Source: Actinomycetes bacterium (GTDB lineage Bacteria > Actinomycetota > Actinomycetes > JACCUZ01). From it: DNA of 64,000 nt. Within the stretch, counting starts at the first letter, position 1. Each line of letters begins with the position of its first letter. The notes under the pieces were generated by a model. That model searched no databases and was not told where the DNA came from. It saw only the letters and a list, made by a program, of their open reading frames with translations. This document shows, one piece after another, positions 22,738-33,087 of the stretch. Both the position numbers and the translations under genes were made by a program. The stretch spans positions 6,183 to 70,182 of the forward strand of contig JBBRVW010000013.1 of NCBI GenBank assembly GCA_038246545.1. Reading direction: 5' to 3'.

Positions 22738-25242
22738 ATGGCCACCCGTACGCCCACGCGCCCCCGCGCCACCAGCTCGCGCGGCGCCGCGAAGCCGGCG
22801 GCGCGGAAGTCCTCGTCGACGCGCTCCCGGTCGACCTCGCGCGGCTCCGGCCGCTCGGCCGCCCGCAAGCGCGCCCGCCGGACCCGGACCGGCCCTCCGT
22901 GGCCGGTGCGCGCGCTGCGCGGCCTGTGGCTCGGCGTCGCGCACCTGGTCGGCGCGCTGGCCCGCCGGATCGGGAGCAGTGCCCGCGACCTCGACCCGGC
23001 ACACCGCCGCGACGGCATCGGCCTGCTCCTGGTCGGGCTCGCCACGGTGGTGGCCGCCGTCGAGTGGTGGGAGCTCACGGGTCCGGTCGGCGCCGTCGTC
23101 CACGCCGTGGTCGCCGGCACCACCGGCCGGGTCGGCCTGGTGCTGCCCCTCGTGCTGCTCGGCCTCGGCATCCGCATCCTGCGGCACCCGCAGGACGCCG
23201 AGGCCGGCGGCCGGATCGGCATCGGCCTGGGCTCGCTGATGCTGAGCGTGCTCGGTCTGGTCCACATCGCCCGCGGCCTGCCCGACCCCGGCAAGCACGA
23301 CGCGCTGCGCGAGGCCGGCGGCTACCTCGGCTACCTCGTCAGCTCGCCGCTGGTCTCGGCGGTGTCGGTCTACGTCGCCGTCCCGCTGCTCGTGATGCTG
23401 CTGCTGTTCGGTCTCCTGGTCGTCACCGCCACCCCGCTCCACGCGCTGCCGGAGCGCGGCAAGGCGGTGCTCGCGTGGCTGATGCACCGGCCCGAGGACG
23501 CCACCGCCGACGAACCGGCGACGGCCGACGGCGAGCCCACCACGTCGGAGCCGCTGGAGCCGCTCAAGCGCCGCCGGCCGCGTCGCCGCCAGGGCACGAT
23601 GACGGAGGGCGAGGACGACTCGGACCCGCCCTACGACGCCTCGGTGGTCGCCCGCGCCGACGGGGCCATCGCCGGTGCCGGGACCGACTCGGCAGCCGAC
23701 GAGGCCGAGCCGGGGAAGCCGCCGCCGGTGCACTCGCCGATGCCGGTGCGCGTCGAGCAGCTGCTGCTCTCCGGCGACGTCACCTACATGCTGCCGCCGG
23801 CCGACACCCTGCAGGAGGGCTCGCCGCACAAGGCCCGCTCGAAGGCCAGCGACGCGGTCGTCGACTCGCTCACGCAGGTGCTCGACCAGTTCGGCATCGA
23901 CGCCCAGGTCACGGGCTACACCCGTGGCCCCACCGTCACCCGCTACGAGGTCGAGCTCGGCAACGCGGTGAAGGTCGAGCGCGTCACCGCGCTGTCGAAG
24001 AACATCGCCTACGCCGTGGCCAGCGCCGACGTCCGCATCCTGTCGCCGATCCCGGGCAAGTCCGCGATCGGCATCGAGATCCCGAACCTCGACAAGGAGG
24101 TGGTCAGCCTCGGCGACGTCATGCGCTCGTCCGTCGCGCGAAACGACCACCACCCGATGCTCGTCGCGCTCGGCAAGGACGTCGAGGGCGGTTTCGTCCT
24201 CGCCAACCTGGCCAAGATGCCGCACCTGCTGGTGGCCGGTGCCACCGGCTCGGGCAAGTCCAGCTTCGTCAACTCGATGATCACCTCGCTGCTGCTGCGC
24301 TCGACGCCGGACGAGGTGCGCATGGTGCTGGTCGATCCGAAGCGGGTCGAGCTCACGGCGTACGAGGGCGTCCCGCACCTCATCACGCCGATCATCACCA
24401 GCCCCAAGAAGGCCGCCGAGGCGCTGCAGTGGGTCGTGCGCGAGATGGACCTGCGCTACGACGACCTGGCGGCGTTCGGCTTCCGGCACGTCGACGACTT
24501 CAACAAGGCCGTCAAGGCCGGCACGGTCACCGCGCCGCCCGGCAGCGAGCGGGTGCTGGCGCCCTACCCCTACCTGCTCGTCGTGGTCGACGAGCTCGCC
24601 GACCTCATGATGGTCGCGCCGCGCGACGTCGAGGACTCCATCGTGCGCATCACCCAGCTCGCCCGCGCGGCCGGCATCCACCTGGTGCTGGCCACCCAGC
24701 GGCCGTCGGTCGACGTCGTGACCGGCCTGATCAAGGCCAACGTGCCGTCGAGGCTGGCCTTCTCGACCTCCAGCCTCGCCGACAGCCGGGTCATCCTCGA
24801 CCAGCCGGGAGCCGAGAAGCTCATCGGTGAAGGGGACGGGCTGTTCCTGCCGATGGGCGCCAGCAAGCCGATGCGCATGCAGGGGGCCTGGGTCACCGAG
24901 GCGGAGATCGTCTCGGTGGTCGAGCACTGCAAGGCCCAGCTGCAGCCGACCTACCGTGACGACGTCACGGTCCCGCAGAGCACCAGGCGCGAGATCGACG
25001 AGGAGGTGGGGGACGACCTGGACCTGCTCTGCCAGGCTGCCGAGCTCGTCGTCACCACCCAGTTCGGGTCGACCTCGATGCTGCAGCGCAAGCTGAGGGT
25101 GGGCTTCGCCAAGGCCGGCCGGCTGATGGACCTGATGGAGAGCCGCGGGCTCGTCGGGCCGTCGGAAGGGTCCAAGGCCCGCGACGTCCTGGTGCAGCCG
25201 GACGAGCTGGACGGCGTGCTGTTCACCCTGCGGGGCGAATGA
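22738..25242 (+). CDS. ftsK: DNA translocase FtsK/SpoIIIE
   Basis: N-terminal TM helices, Walker A (GATGSGKSS), gamma winged-helix C-terminus. Confidence 0.9.
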   Translation: MATRTPTRPRATSSRGAAKPAARKSSSTRSRSTSRGSGRSAARKRARRTRTGPPWPVRALRGLWLGVAHLVGALARRIGSSARDLDPAHRRDGIGLLLVGLATVVAAVEWWELTGPVGAVVHAVVAGTTGRVGLVLPLVLLGLGIRILRHPQDAEAGGRIGIGLGSLMLSVLGLVHIARGLPDPGKHDALREAGGYLGYLVSSPLVSAVSVYVAVPLLVMLLLFGLLVVTATPLHALPERGKAVLAWLMHRPEDATADEPATADGEPTTSEPLEPLKRRRPRRRQGTMTEGEDDSDPPYDASVVARADGAIAGAGTDSAADEAEPGKPPPVHSPMPVRVEQLLLSGDVTYMLPPADTLQEGSPHKARSKASDAVVDSLTQVLDQFGIDAQVTGYTRGPTVTRYEVELGNAVKVERVTALSKNIAYAVASADVRILSPIPGKSAIGIEIPNLDKEVVSLGDVMRSSVARNDHHPMLVALGKDVEGGFVLANLAKMPHLLVAGATGSGKSSFVNSMITSLLLRSTPDEVRMVLVDPKRVELTAYEGVPHLITPIITSPKKAAEALQWVVREMDLRYDDLAAFGFRHVDDFNKAVKAGTVTAPPGSERVLAPYPYLLVVVDELADLMMVAPRDVEDSIVRITQLARAAGIHLVLATQRPSVDVVTGLIKANVPSRLAFSTSSLADSRVILDQPGAEKLIGEGDGLFLPMGASKPMRMQGAWVTEAEIVSVVEHCKAQLQPTYRDDVTVPQSTRREIDEEVGDDLDLLCQAAELVVTTQFGSTSMLQRKLRVGFAKAGRLMDLMESRGLVGPSEGSKARDVLVQPDELDGVLFTLRGE

Positions 25243-25294
25243 TCAACGCCGGGTCACCGATAGACTGGTGACTCAGCACGGGAGGAGCACCACG

Positions 25295-26047
25295 ATGTCC
25301 ATCGGCACGACCCTCGCGCGGGCGCGGGAGTCTGCCGGTCTCAGCGTGGACGAGGTCGCTCACGCGACCCGGATCCGCCGCACCCTGCTGCTCGGCATCG
25401 AAAGCGACGACTTCTCGGCGTGCGGCGGCGACTTCTACGCCCGCGGCCACATCCGCACCGTCGCCACCAAGCTGGGCCTCGACCCGGCGCCGCTGATGCA
25501 CGAGTTCGACGCCGCCCGACCGCCGGAGCCCCCTCGGACCACCGACGTCTTCGAGCCGGAGAAGACCCGTCCCGAGCGGCGCGGCCCCAACTGGAGCGCC
25601 GCGATGGTCGCCGCGCTCGTGCTGGTGGTCGGCTTCGGGATCTTCCAGGCCTTCAGCGGCGGCGACGGCCGGCGGGCCGTGGTCGGCGGGCCGGCCGCCA
25701 CCGGCTCGACCTCGGCGTCCCCGCCGGCGTCACCGAGCCCGTCACCGAGCGGCGACGGGAGCGGCAGCGCCGTGGCCCAGGCGTCCCGAGGCAAGGTCAA
25801 GGTCGACGTGACCGCCACCGAGAAGAGCTGGGTGCAGGTGACGACCGGCACCGGTCAGGAGCTCTACCAGGGCCTGATGGACGCCGGCATGCGCAAGTCC
25901 TTCACCGACAAGCGCCAGCTTCGCGTCGTGGTCGGCAACGCGGGTGGCATCGAGCTCACGGTCAACGGCACCGACATCGGCGCACCCGGGCGCCGCGGCC
26001 AGGTCGCACGGCTGCAGTTCACGCCGCAGGACCCGACCGGCGCCTGA
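25295..26047 (+). CDS. Helix-turn-helix domain membrane protein (RodZ-like, DUF4115-type C-terminus)
   Basis: N-terminal XRE-like HTH ([32 protein letters not shown]), TM segment, Ser/Pro-rich linker. Confidence 0.6.
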   Translation: MSIGTTLARARESAGLSVDEVAHATRIRRTLLLGIESDDFSACGGDFYARGHIRTVATKLGLDPAPLMHEFDAARPPEPPRTTDVFEPEKTRPERRGPNWSAAMVAALVLVVGFGIFQAFSGGDGRRAVVGGPAATGSTSASPPASPSPSPSGDGSGSAVAQASRGKVKVDVTATEKSWVQVTTGTGQELYQGLMDAGMRKSFTDKRQLRVVVGNAGGIELTVNGTDIGAPGRRGQVARLQFTPQDPTGA

Positions 26048-26093
26048 CGCCGGGCGGCGGGAGCGCCGTCCGGCGGCAACTAGGCTGGCGGGC

Positions 26094-27545
26094 ATGGCTC
26101 CCTCGTCCGGCCGGCGCGTCGCGCTGGTCACCCTCGGCTGCGGCCGCAACGAGGTCGACTCCGAGGAGCTCGCCGGCCGGCTGGCCGCGGACGGCTGGCA
26201 GCTCGTGGCCGAGGCGGCCGACGCCGACGTCGCGCTCGTGAACACGTGCGGCTTCGTCGACGCCGCCAAGAAGGACTCGATCGACACCCTGCTGGCCGCG
26301 GCCGACCTCAAGGACGGCCACCGCACCCAGGCGGTCGTGGCGGTCGGCTGCCTCGCCGAGCGGTACGGCGACCAGCTGGCGGCGTCGCTGCCCGAGACCG
26401 ATGCGGTGTTGAGCTTCGACGACTACCCCGACATCTCGGGGCGGCTGCAGGCGATCCTCGCGGGAGAGAAGCACCAGCCGCACGTGCCGCGCGACCGGCG
26501 CACGCTGCTCCCGCTGGCCCCGGCGGACCGCACCGTGCCGGCGGCGCCGCCCGCGGTCGAGGTCTCCCGGCCCGACCTGCCCGAGGGGGTCGCGCCGGCC
26601 GCCGGACCCCGCCCGGTACGGATGCGCCTCGGCGACGGCCCGACCGGCGCGCTCAAGCTCGCCAGCGGCTGCGACCGCCGGTGCACCTTCTGCGCGATCC
26701 CCACCTTCCGCGGTGCGTTCGTGTCGCGGCGGCCGCCGGAGCTGCTCGCCGAGGCCGGCTGGCTCGCCGAACAAGGGGTACGCGAGCTGGTGCTCGTCAG
26801 CGAGAACTCCACGTCGTACGGAAAGGACCTCGGCGACCTCAGGCTGCTCGAGACGCTGCTGCCTGAGCTCGCGGCCGTGCCCGGAGTGGTCCGGGTCCGG
26901 GTCAGCTACCTCCAGCCCGCCGAGATGCGCCCGGGGCTGGTGACGGCGATGACCTCGACGCCGGGCGTCGCGCCCTACTTCGACCTGTCCTTCCAGCACA
27001 GCAGCGGTCCGGTGCTGCGGCGGATGCGTCGCTTCGGCGACACCGACCGGTTCCTCGAGCTGGTCGCGTCGGTGCGCGCCGCCGCGCCCGAGGCCGGTCT
27101 GCGGTCCAACGTCATCGTCGGCTTCCCGGGCGAGTCCGAGGCCGACCTCGCCGAGCTGGAGCGGTTCCTCACCGAAGCCCGCCTCGACGTCGTCGGCGTC
27201 TTCGGCTACTCCGACGAGGACGGCACCGAGGCGGCGACCCTCGACGGCAAGCTGCCGGAGGACGTCGTGCGCGAGCGGGTGGAGCGCCTCACCTCGCTCA
27301 CCGACGAGCTCGTCGCGCAGCGGGCCGAGGACCGCGTCGGCCAGGTCGTGGAGGTGCTCGTCGAGGAGCTCGACGTCGGCGCGGGGACCGCCGAGGGGCG
27401 GGCCGCGCACCAGGGCCCCGAGGTCGACGGCAGCACGACGCTGCTCGACGCCGGGCACGTCGCCGTGGGTGACCTGCTCACCGCGACCGTCGTCGCCTCG
27501 GAGGGTGCCGACCTGGTGGCGGCGCTGCAGGCACCGAGCAGGTGA
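26094..27545 (+). CDS. rimO: Ribosomal protein S12 methylthiotransferase RimO
   Basis: ATG 26094. Radical-SAM methylthiotransferase with MTTase N-domain, CxxxCxxC ([11 protein letters not shown]) and TRAM domain. Confidence 0.85.
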   Translation: MAPSSGRRVALVTLGCGRNEVDSEELAGRLAADGWQLVAEAADADVALVNTCGFVDAAKKDSIDTLLAAADLKDGHRTQAVVAVGCLAERYGDQLAASLPETDAVLSFDDYPDISGRLQAILAGEKHQPHVPRDRRTLLPLAPADRTVPAAPPAVEVSRPDLPEGVAPAAGPRPVRMRLGDGPTGALKLASGCDRRCTFCAIPTFRGAFVSRRPPELLAEAGWLAEQGVRELVLVSENSTSYGKDLGDLRLLETLLPELAAVPGVVRVRVSYLQPAEMRPGLVTAMTSTPGVAPYFDLSFQHSSGPVLRRMRRFGDTDRFLELVASVRAAAPEAGLRSNVIVGFPGESEADLAELERFLTEARLDVVGVFGYSDEDGTEAATLDGKLPEDVVRERVERLTSLTDELVAQRAEDRVGQVVEVLVEELDVGAGTAEGRAAHQGPEVDGSTTLLDAGHVAVGDLLTATVVASEGADLVAALQAPSR

Positions 27546-28159
27546 GCTCGCCGGCGCCCGGGGGAGGCCAGGCCAGCGCCTGGAACATCGCCAACGCCCT
27601 CACGGTCCTCCGGCTGGTCCTCGTCCCCGTGTTCCTCGCGGCGCTCTTCCACGACGACGGGCACGACGACAGCTGGCGCGTGCTCGCCTGGGTGGCGTTC
27701 GCGGTCGCCTCGGTGACCGACCGGATCGACGGCGAGATCGCCCGTAGGCACGGCCTGGTCACCGACTTCGGCAAGATCGCCGACCCGATCGCCGACAAGG
27801 CGCTGATCGGCGCCGCGCTCGTCGGCCTCTCGCTGCTCGACGAGCTGGCCTGGTGGGTGACCGTCGTGGTCCTCGTCCGCGAGATCGGGGTGACGCTGCT
27901 GCGGTTCTTCGTCATCCGGCACGGCGTCATGCCGGCCAGCCGTGGCGGCAAGGTCAAGACCATGCTGCAGGCGGTGGGCATCGGCCTGCTCGTGCTGCCG
28001 CTGGACGGCGTGCTGCACGCGCTGGCGCTCCTGATCATGTACGTCGCCGTCGTCGTCACCGTCGTCACCGGGCTCGACTACGTCCAGCGGGCGCTCCGGC
28101 TGCGGCAGACCTCGGAGCGGGCCGTGCTCAAGCGGGCCCGGCGCGCCGAGCGGCCATGA
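27542..28159 (+). CDS. pgsA: CDP-diacylglycerol--glycerol-3-phosphate 3-phosphatidyltransferase
   Basis: CDP-alcohol phosphatidyltransferase motif (D..G..AR.....G...D...D). Overlaps the rimO stop. Confidence 0.85.
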   Translation: MSSPAPGGGQASAWNIANALTVLRLVLVPVFLAALFHDDGHDDSWRVLAWVAFAVASVTDRIDGEIARRHGLVTDFGKIADPIADKALIGAALVGLSLLDELAWWVTVVVLVREIGVTLLRFFVIRHGVMPASRGGKVKTMLQAVGIGLLVLPLDGVLHALALLIMYVAVVVTVVTGLDYVQRALRLRQTSERAVLKRARRAERP

Positions 28160-28662
28160 CACCCGCACCGGAAGCCGTGGCGCTCGCCCGCGAGGTCCAC
28201 GAGCTGCTGCTGGCCCGCGGGGAGACCCTGGCCGTGGCCGAGTCGCTCACCGGGGGAGCGCTCGGCGCCACCGGAACGGCGGTGCCGGGCGTGTCCGCGA
28301 CCTTCCGCGGCGCCGTCGTGGCCTACGCCACGGAGCTCAAGACCGAGATGCTCGGCGTCCCCGCCGACCTGCTGGCCCGCACCGGGCCCGTGCACCCTCT
28401 CGTGGCGGCCGCGATGGCCGCGGGCGTGCGCGGCCTCCTGGGGTCGACGTACGGGCTGGCGACCACGGGCGTGGCCGGCCCGGACCCGCAGGCGGGGCAC
28501 GCTCCGGCCGAGGTCTACCTCGGCCTGGCTGGCGGCGAACGGCTGCGGCTGCTGCACCGCCGGGTGGACCTGAAGGGCGACCGGGCCGCGGTCCGATCGG
28601 GTGCGGTCGTGGCGGGGCTGGGGTTCCTGCGTGAGATCCTCACGGACGGGAACGCCGGGTGA
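28156..28662 (+). CDS. cinA: CinA C-terminal domain protein (nicotinamide-nucleotide amidohydrolase PncC-like)
   Basis: ATG 28156 in frame with ORF 27853..28662. CinA_C motifs (TLAVAESLTGG...). Confidence 0.8.
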   Translation: MTPAPEAVALAREVHELLLARGETLAVAESLTGGALGATGTAVPGVSATFRGAVVAYATELKTEMLGVPADLLARTGPVHPLVAAAMAAGVRGLLGSTYGLATTGVAGPDPQAGHAPAEVYLGLAGGERLRLLHRRVDLKGDRAAVRSGAVVAGLGFLREILTDGNAG

Positions 28663-28790
28663 TGATTACAGCGTTACACTGGACGGTGCCTGGCGGCGCG
28701 CCCCTTGGGTCGCTCGCGTCAGGGGACGGCTGCACCGGCTACGGTGATCACCTGCCGTTGTAGTGGTCCTGGACCAGAGGGAGGCCCGCG

Positions 28791-29132
28791 ATGATCCTGC
28801 TCCGCCGTCTGCTGGGCGACGTCCTGCGGGAGCGTCGCCGCGAGCAGGGCCGCACGCTGCGCGAGGTGTCCTCGGCCGCCCGGGTGTCCCTGGGCTACCT
28901 GTCCGAGGTCGAGCGCGGCCAGAAGGAGGCCTCCTCCGAGCTGCTGGGCTCCATCTGCGAGGCCCTCGACGTACCGATGTCCGAGCTGCTGCGCGAGGTG
29001 AGCGACAACCTCGCCCTGGCCGAGGCCGTGTCCGCCGTCGACCAGCTCGAGGTCTACGTCGTGCAGACGGGTACCCGGCCCGCGCCGGTGGCGGCGCCGT
29101 CGTCGATGCAGGTCACCGACCTCGCCGCCTGA
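28791..29132 (+). CDS. clgR: XRE-family HTH transcriptional regulator, ClgR-like (clp/lon gene regulator)
   Basis: 113 aa. Strong resemblance to actinobacterial ClgR ([40 protein letters not shown]). Conserved position after pgsA-cinA. Confidence 0.75.
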   Translation: MILLRRLLGDVLRERRREQGRTLREVSSAARVSLGYLSEVERGQKEASSELLGSICEALDVPMSELLREVSDNLALAEAVSAVDQLEVYVVQTGTRPAPVAAPSSMQVTDLAA

Positions 29133-29246
29133 CCCGGTCACGCATGAGCCGCCCGGCCCCGGGTAGCAGTCTGTCGCAGGACGCCCGTCCACCCCATCGG
29201 TCAACGGGGGTGTGGACGGGCGTTCTGCGTCTGCCGGGAAGAGCGG

Positions 29247-30098
29247 TCAGGGCCGGTAGCGGGTGCGGCCGGCCGGCCGGTCGGCCCGCCGGGGTTTCCG
29301 CACCGGCTCCGGGGCCGGCCCCGGCTGGCACTGCGGGCACCAGTAGGCGATCCGCTCGTACGGCGGCGTGCCCTGCGCGGCGGTCAGGACCCGGGGCCCG
29401 CAGCGCAGGCAGGGCCGGCCGTGGCGCTCGAACACCCAGTGGTCCGCACCACGCCGCCCGGTTCCGGTGGTGGTCTGCCGCACGTGGTCCTTGTTGAGGT
29501 CGAGCAGCCGGTGCGACCGGTCGACGACGGAGCGCAGGTCGACGTCGCGCACCGGTGTCCAGGGCGAGACTCCCTCAAGGAAGCACACCTCGGCCTTGTA
29601 CAGGTTGCCGACGCCCGCCAGGTTGCGCTGGTCGAGCAGCGCCTGACCGATCTCGCGTCCGGGGTCGGCGGCGAGCCGGCGGACGGCCTCGGCGGGGTCC
29701 CAGTCCGGGCCGAGGAGGTCCGGGCCGAGGTGGCCGACGACGTCGGCCTCGCGGTCGCGTGGGAGCAGCTCGACCACCGGCAGCCGGTAGCCGACGGCGT
29801 CCCACTCGGCGTTGCTCAGCAGCAGCCGCACCTGCCAGTCCGGGCCGCCGTGCCAGCGCGCGCCGGGGCGGTAGAGGTGCCACGAACCGTCCATCCTGAA
29901 GTGCGTGTGCAGCGTGAGGTCGCCGGCGATCCGGGTGAGCAGGTGCTTGCCCCGGCTGACCACCTCGGTGACCTCGCGACCGGCCAGGTCGACGGTGGCC
30001 AGCTGCGGTACCCGGAAGTCGGAGCGGGTCAGCACCCGGCCGGCCAGCGCGTCGTCGAGGCGGCGCCCGGCCAGCCAGACGGTGTCTCCCTCGGGCAT
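29247..30098 (-). CDS. nei: Fpg/Nei family DNA glycosylase (endonuclease VIII-like)
   Basis: N-terminal MPEGDTV (catalytic Pro2/Glu3), H2TH, C-terminal zinc finger (C..C...C..C). Confidence 0.85.
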   Translation of the reverse strand: MPEGDTVWLAGRRLDDALAGRVLTRSDFRVPQLATVDLAGREVTEVVSRGKHLLTRIAGDLTLHTHFRMDGSWHLYRPGARWHGGPDWQVRLLLSNAEWDAVGYRLPVVELLPRDREADVVGHLGPDLLGPDWDPAEAVRRLAADPGREIGQALLDQRNLAGVGNLYKAEVCFLEGVSPWTPVRDVDLRSVVDRSHRLLDLNKDHVRQTTTGTGRRGADHWVFERHGRPCLRCGPRVLTAAQGTPPYERIAYWCPQCQPGPAPEPVRKPRRADRPAGRTRYRP

Positions 30099-30148
30099 GG
30101 TGTGAGCATCGTCTCCCGCCCGCGCGGGAAGATGCGTCGGGGGTCGCG

Positions 30149-30718
30149 TTGCTCGAAGAGGAGATGAGCATCCTGTCCCCAACCGCAGAGCCGGTCACCG
30201 TCACGGTGGCCCGGCGGGTGGCCGTCGGCCGCGAGCACGAGTTCGAGCAGTGGTACGACGACATCATCGGCGCCGCCTGCCGCTTCCCCGGCTTCCTCGG
30301 GTCCGGCGTGCTGCGGCCGCACACCGCCGAGCAGGACTGGCACGTCGTCTACCGGTTCGCCGACCCCGACTCGCTGGCGCGGTGGGAGCGCTCGCCCGAG
30401 CGTGCCGAGTGGCTGGCCAAGGCCGAGGACCTCGTCGAGGAGACCGGCGTCAGCCACGTGACCGGTCTGGAGACCTGGTTCGCGCTGCCCGGTCGTACGG
30501 CGCCCGCCCCGCCGCGCTGGAAGATGGCCGTCGTCACCTTGGTGGCCATCGTGCCGCTGGTGCTGCTCATGAACCTGCTGGTGCTGCCGCATCTCGCCGG
30601 GTGGCCGCTGGTCGCCCGCGCCCTCGTCCTCTCCGGCAGCCTCACCGGCCTCATGACCTGGGTCGTGATGCCGAGGGTCACCCGGGTCTTCCGGCGATTC
30701 CTCTACGGTGGTCGCTGA
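30149..30718 (+). CDS. ABM (antibiotic biosynthesis monooxygenase)-like domain fused to C-terminal transmembrane segment
   Basis: Soluble ferredoxin-like N-domain followed by two or three hydrophobic helices. Alternative start at 30164. Confidence 0.45.
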   Translation: MLEEEMSILSPTAEPVTVTVARRVAVGREHEFEQWYDDIIGAACRFPGFLGSGVLRPHTAEQDWHVVYRFADPDSLARWERSPERAEWLAKAEDLVEETGVSHVTGLETWFALPGRTAPAPPRWKMAVVTLVAIVPLVLLMNLLVLPHLAGWPLVARALVLSGSLTGLMTWVVMPRVTRVFRRFLYGGR

Positions 30719-30753
30719 CCGGTCACGGGGCAGGCCGAGCACAGGGAGTCGTC

Positions 30754-31056
30754 GTGGCGAGCGGTGTCGGGATCCTCATCGCGGTGTTCTTCGCGCTGTT
30801 CGCCGTGATGTTCGTGGGCATCGTGATCTTCATGGTGGTGGCCGCGACGCGCAGCAAGCGGGCGCTCGAGGCCGGTGGCCTGGATCCGTTCGCCGCCGAG
30901 GCTCAGCTGGCCGCGCGGGCGGCAAGCAGCGAGCTGCTCGCGCCGCGCCGGTCCCTCGAGGACAGGTTGCGCGAGCTCGACGACCTCCGGTCCCGCGGCG
31001 TGATCTCCGAGGAGGAGCACGCCACCGCGCGGGCCGGGGCGCTCGCCGGCGGCTGA
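30754..31056 (+). CDS. SHOCT-domain small membrane protein
   Basis: GTG 30754. One TM helix, then C-terminal SHOCT motif (LRELDDLRSRGVISEEEHATARAGAL). Confidence 0.55.
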   Translation: MASGVGILIAVFFALFAVMFVGIVIFMVVAATRSKRALEAGGLDPFAAEAQLAARAASSELLAPRRSLEDRLRELDDLRSRGVISEEEHATARAGALAGG

Positions 31057-31092
31057 GCCCCCGTCTCCCTTGCCTCCGGTGCCGCCGCCTGC

Positions 31093-32628
31093 TTGGTTGA
31101 GGCGGTGGCGGGGACCGGCAACGAGGCGACCGAGGACCAGGCGACGCCGGAGCAGGTCGCTGAGTTCGGCCGCGCCTTCCGCGGGTTCCTCGACTGGGTC
31201 CACTCCGAGGCGGCCGCCGACCGCGCCAACCCCGTCGTCACCGTGGTGCGCGAGCACCTGGGCGAGGGCGTCTCGCGGTCGGTCCTGACCAACGAGCTCC
31301 CGCTCTTCGAGCACGTCAACCTGCAGACCGCGCTCGACCACTGGACCTCGTCGGACGGACGTCGGGTGACGGTCCACGGTGTCGCGGTGCCGCCGCACTT
31401 CCAGGCGCCCGGGCTGCAGCACCTGGTGCACGGCGACGCGATGGGGCCGGTTCACCTCGCCGCGCCGGACCTCGTCGACCTCCCGTCCGGTCCCGACCGC
31501 ACGACGGCCTGCCTGCGGCGCGCGCTGCTCCTCGTCGAGGACGACCGCGGCCGGTACGTCGTGATGGTGCGCGGCCCCGAGCGGCACGAGGAGCCGGTCC
31601 TCGCCGTCGAGGTGGCGGGTCTGCCGACCGGGGCGGCGCAGGAGGTGCTGCGGGAGCTGGCGGAACTCCGGCTGCAGCTCAACGTCTACCGCGGCCAGGT
31701 CGTCGAGCTCGTCCCCGGGACGGGTGGCTTCGCCGTCCGGTTCCCGGTGCTCACGCCCACACCGCGGGCCGACGTGGTGCTGCCCGCCGAGACCCTGCGT
31801 CGGGTCGAGCGCCACACCCTCGACGTCGTCGCGCACCGCGACGGACTCCGGCAGGCCGGCCAGCACCTGAAGCGGGGGCTGCTCCTCTACGGGCCACCCG
31901 GGACCGGCAAGACGCACACCACCCGTTACGTCGTGCAGCAGCTGCGCGGGGCCACGGTCCTCATGCTCTCCGGCCAGTCCCTGCACGCGATCGGTCCGAT
32001 CACCCAGCTCGCCCGCGACCTCCAGCCCTCGGTGCTGGTCCTGGAGGACGTCGACCTGGTCGCGGAGGATCGCGGCTACGGGCCGGGAGCGAGCCCCGTG
32101 CTCTTCACGCTCCTCGACGCGATGGACGGAGCGGCTGCCGACGCCGACATCCTGTTCCTGCTCACCACCAACCGCGCCGACCTGCTCGAGCCCGCGCTGG
32201 CCGCGCGCCCGGGCCGGGTCGACGTCGCGGTCGAGATCCCGCTCCCCGACGAGGACGGCCGGCGTCGCCTCCTCGAGGTCTACACCCGCGGCTTCGACGT
32301 CGACCTCGACGACGGGCAGCTGGCGCTGGTCGTCGCGAGGACTGAGGGGGTCACCGCCTCGTTCGTCAAGGAGCTCGTGCGACGGGCGGTGCTCGAGTCG
32401 CTGACGAGCGGACGGCCGCCGACGGCCCCGCTGACCTGGGACGTCATGACTGCGGCGCTCGACGACCTGCTCGACGCCGGCCAGGCCGTCACGCGGGCGC
32501 TGCTCGGCGCTGGCGGGGACGCCGGGACCGGCCGCGCCGCCGGCGGTCACGGCGGCGCCGCGTGGCTCGGCGTCCCGGCACCCGGCACGGCGTACGGCAG
32601 CTCGATGACGGTGTGGCCCGACACGTAA
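31093..32628 (+). CDS. AAA+ family ATPase (classical AAA module) with uncharacterised ~270-aa N-terminal domain
   Basis: Walker A (GPPGTGKT), Walker B (VLVLEDVD), sensor-1 (TTNR), Arg-finger region (RPGRVD). The N-terminal domain has no recognised family. Confidence 0.8.
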   Translation: MVEAVAGTGNEATEDQATPEQVAEFGRAFRGFLDWVHSEAAADRANPVVTVVREHLGEGVSRSVLTNELPLFEHVNLQTALDHWTSSDGRRVTVHGVAVPPHFQAPGLQHLVHGDAMGPVHLAAPDLVDLPSGPDRTTACLRRALLLVEDDRGRYVVMVRGPERHEEPVLAVEVAGLPTGAAQEVLRELAELRLQLNVYRGQVVELVPGTGGFAVRFPVLTPTPRADVVLPAETLRRVERHTLDVVAHRDGLRQAGQHLKRGLLLYGPPGTGKTHTTRYVVQQLRGATVLMLSGQSLHAIGPITQLARDLQPSVLVLEDVDLVAEDRGYGPGASPVLFTLLDAMDGAAADADILFLLTTNRADLLEPALAARPGRVDVAVEIPLPDEDGRRRLLEVYTRGFDVDLDDGQLALVVARTEGVTASFVKELVRRAVLESLTSGRPPTAPLTWDVMTAALDDLLDAGQAVTRALLGAGGDAGTGRAAGGHGGAAWLGVPAPGTAYGSSMTVWPDT

Positions 32629-32700
32629 CCGGCGCGGCTTCCCGGGGTGGGCGGTCAACTGGTTAGACACCTGTCCGACCCGTCCGGTTGGGTGGGGTGC

Positions 32701-33087
32701 ATGACGATCCGCTGGCAGTGCATCTGCGTCGACGCGACCGACCCCGCGCCCGTGGCGGCGTTCTGGGAGCAGGCGCTGGGCTGGCGGCGTACCCACGACA
32801 CCCCCGACGAGATCGTGCTCGAGCCCCCGGCCGGCAGCCCGGAGGACGGCATCGCGCCGGACATCCTGGTCGGGCGGGTGCCCGAGGAGAAGACCGTCAA
32901 GAACCGGCTGCACCTCGACCTGCGACCCGACGACCAGGCGGCCGAGGTGGCCAGGCTGGAGGGGCTCGGCGCGACCCGGGTGTCGGTCGGCCAGTCCGAG
33001 GACGTCACCTGGGTGGTGCTGGCCGACCCGGGCGGCAACGAGTTCTGTGTCCTGCGTGCGCTGACTCCCGAGGAGCTCGCCGGATGA
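32701..33087 (+). CDS. VOC / glyoxalase-like domain protein
   Basis: About 128 aa, beta-alpha-beta-beta-beta-type sequence (...HLDLRPDD..., ...DPGGNEFCVL). Confidence 0.6.
   Translation: MTIRWQCICVDATDPAPVAAFWEQALGWRRTHDTPDEIVLEPPAGSPEDGIAPDILVGRVPEEKTVKNRLHLDLRPDDQAAEVARLEGLGATRVSVGQSEDVTWVVLADPGGNEFCVLRALTPEELAG

Noticed and set aside
22069-24927. 952-aa minus-strand ORF antisense to ftsK
   Set aside because: Shadow ORF opposite a canonical FtsK.
28662-28790. Possible ClgR operator upstream of clgR
   Set aside because: I could not find a convincing match to the CGC-N5-GCG type ClgR palindrome by eye, so it is not called.
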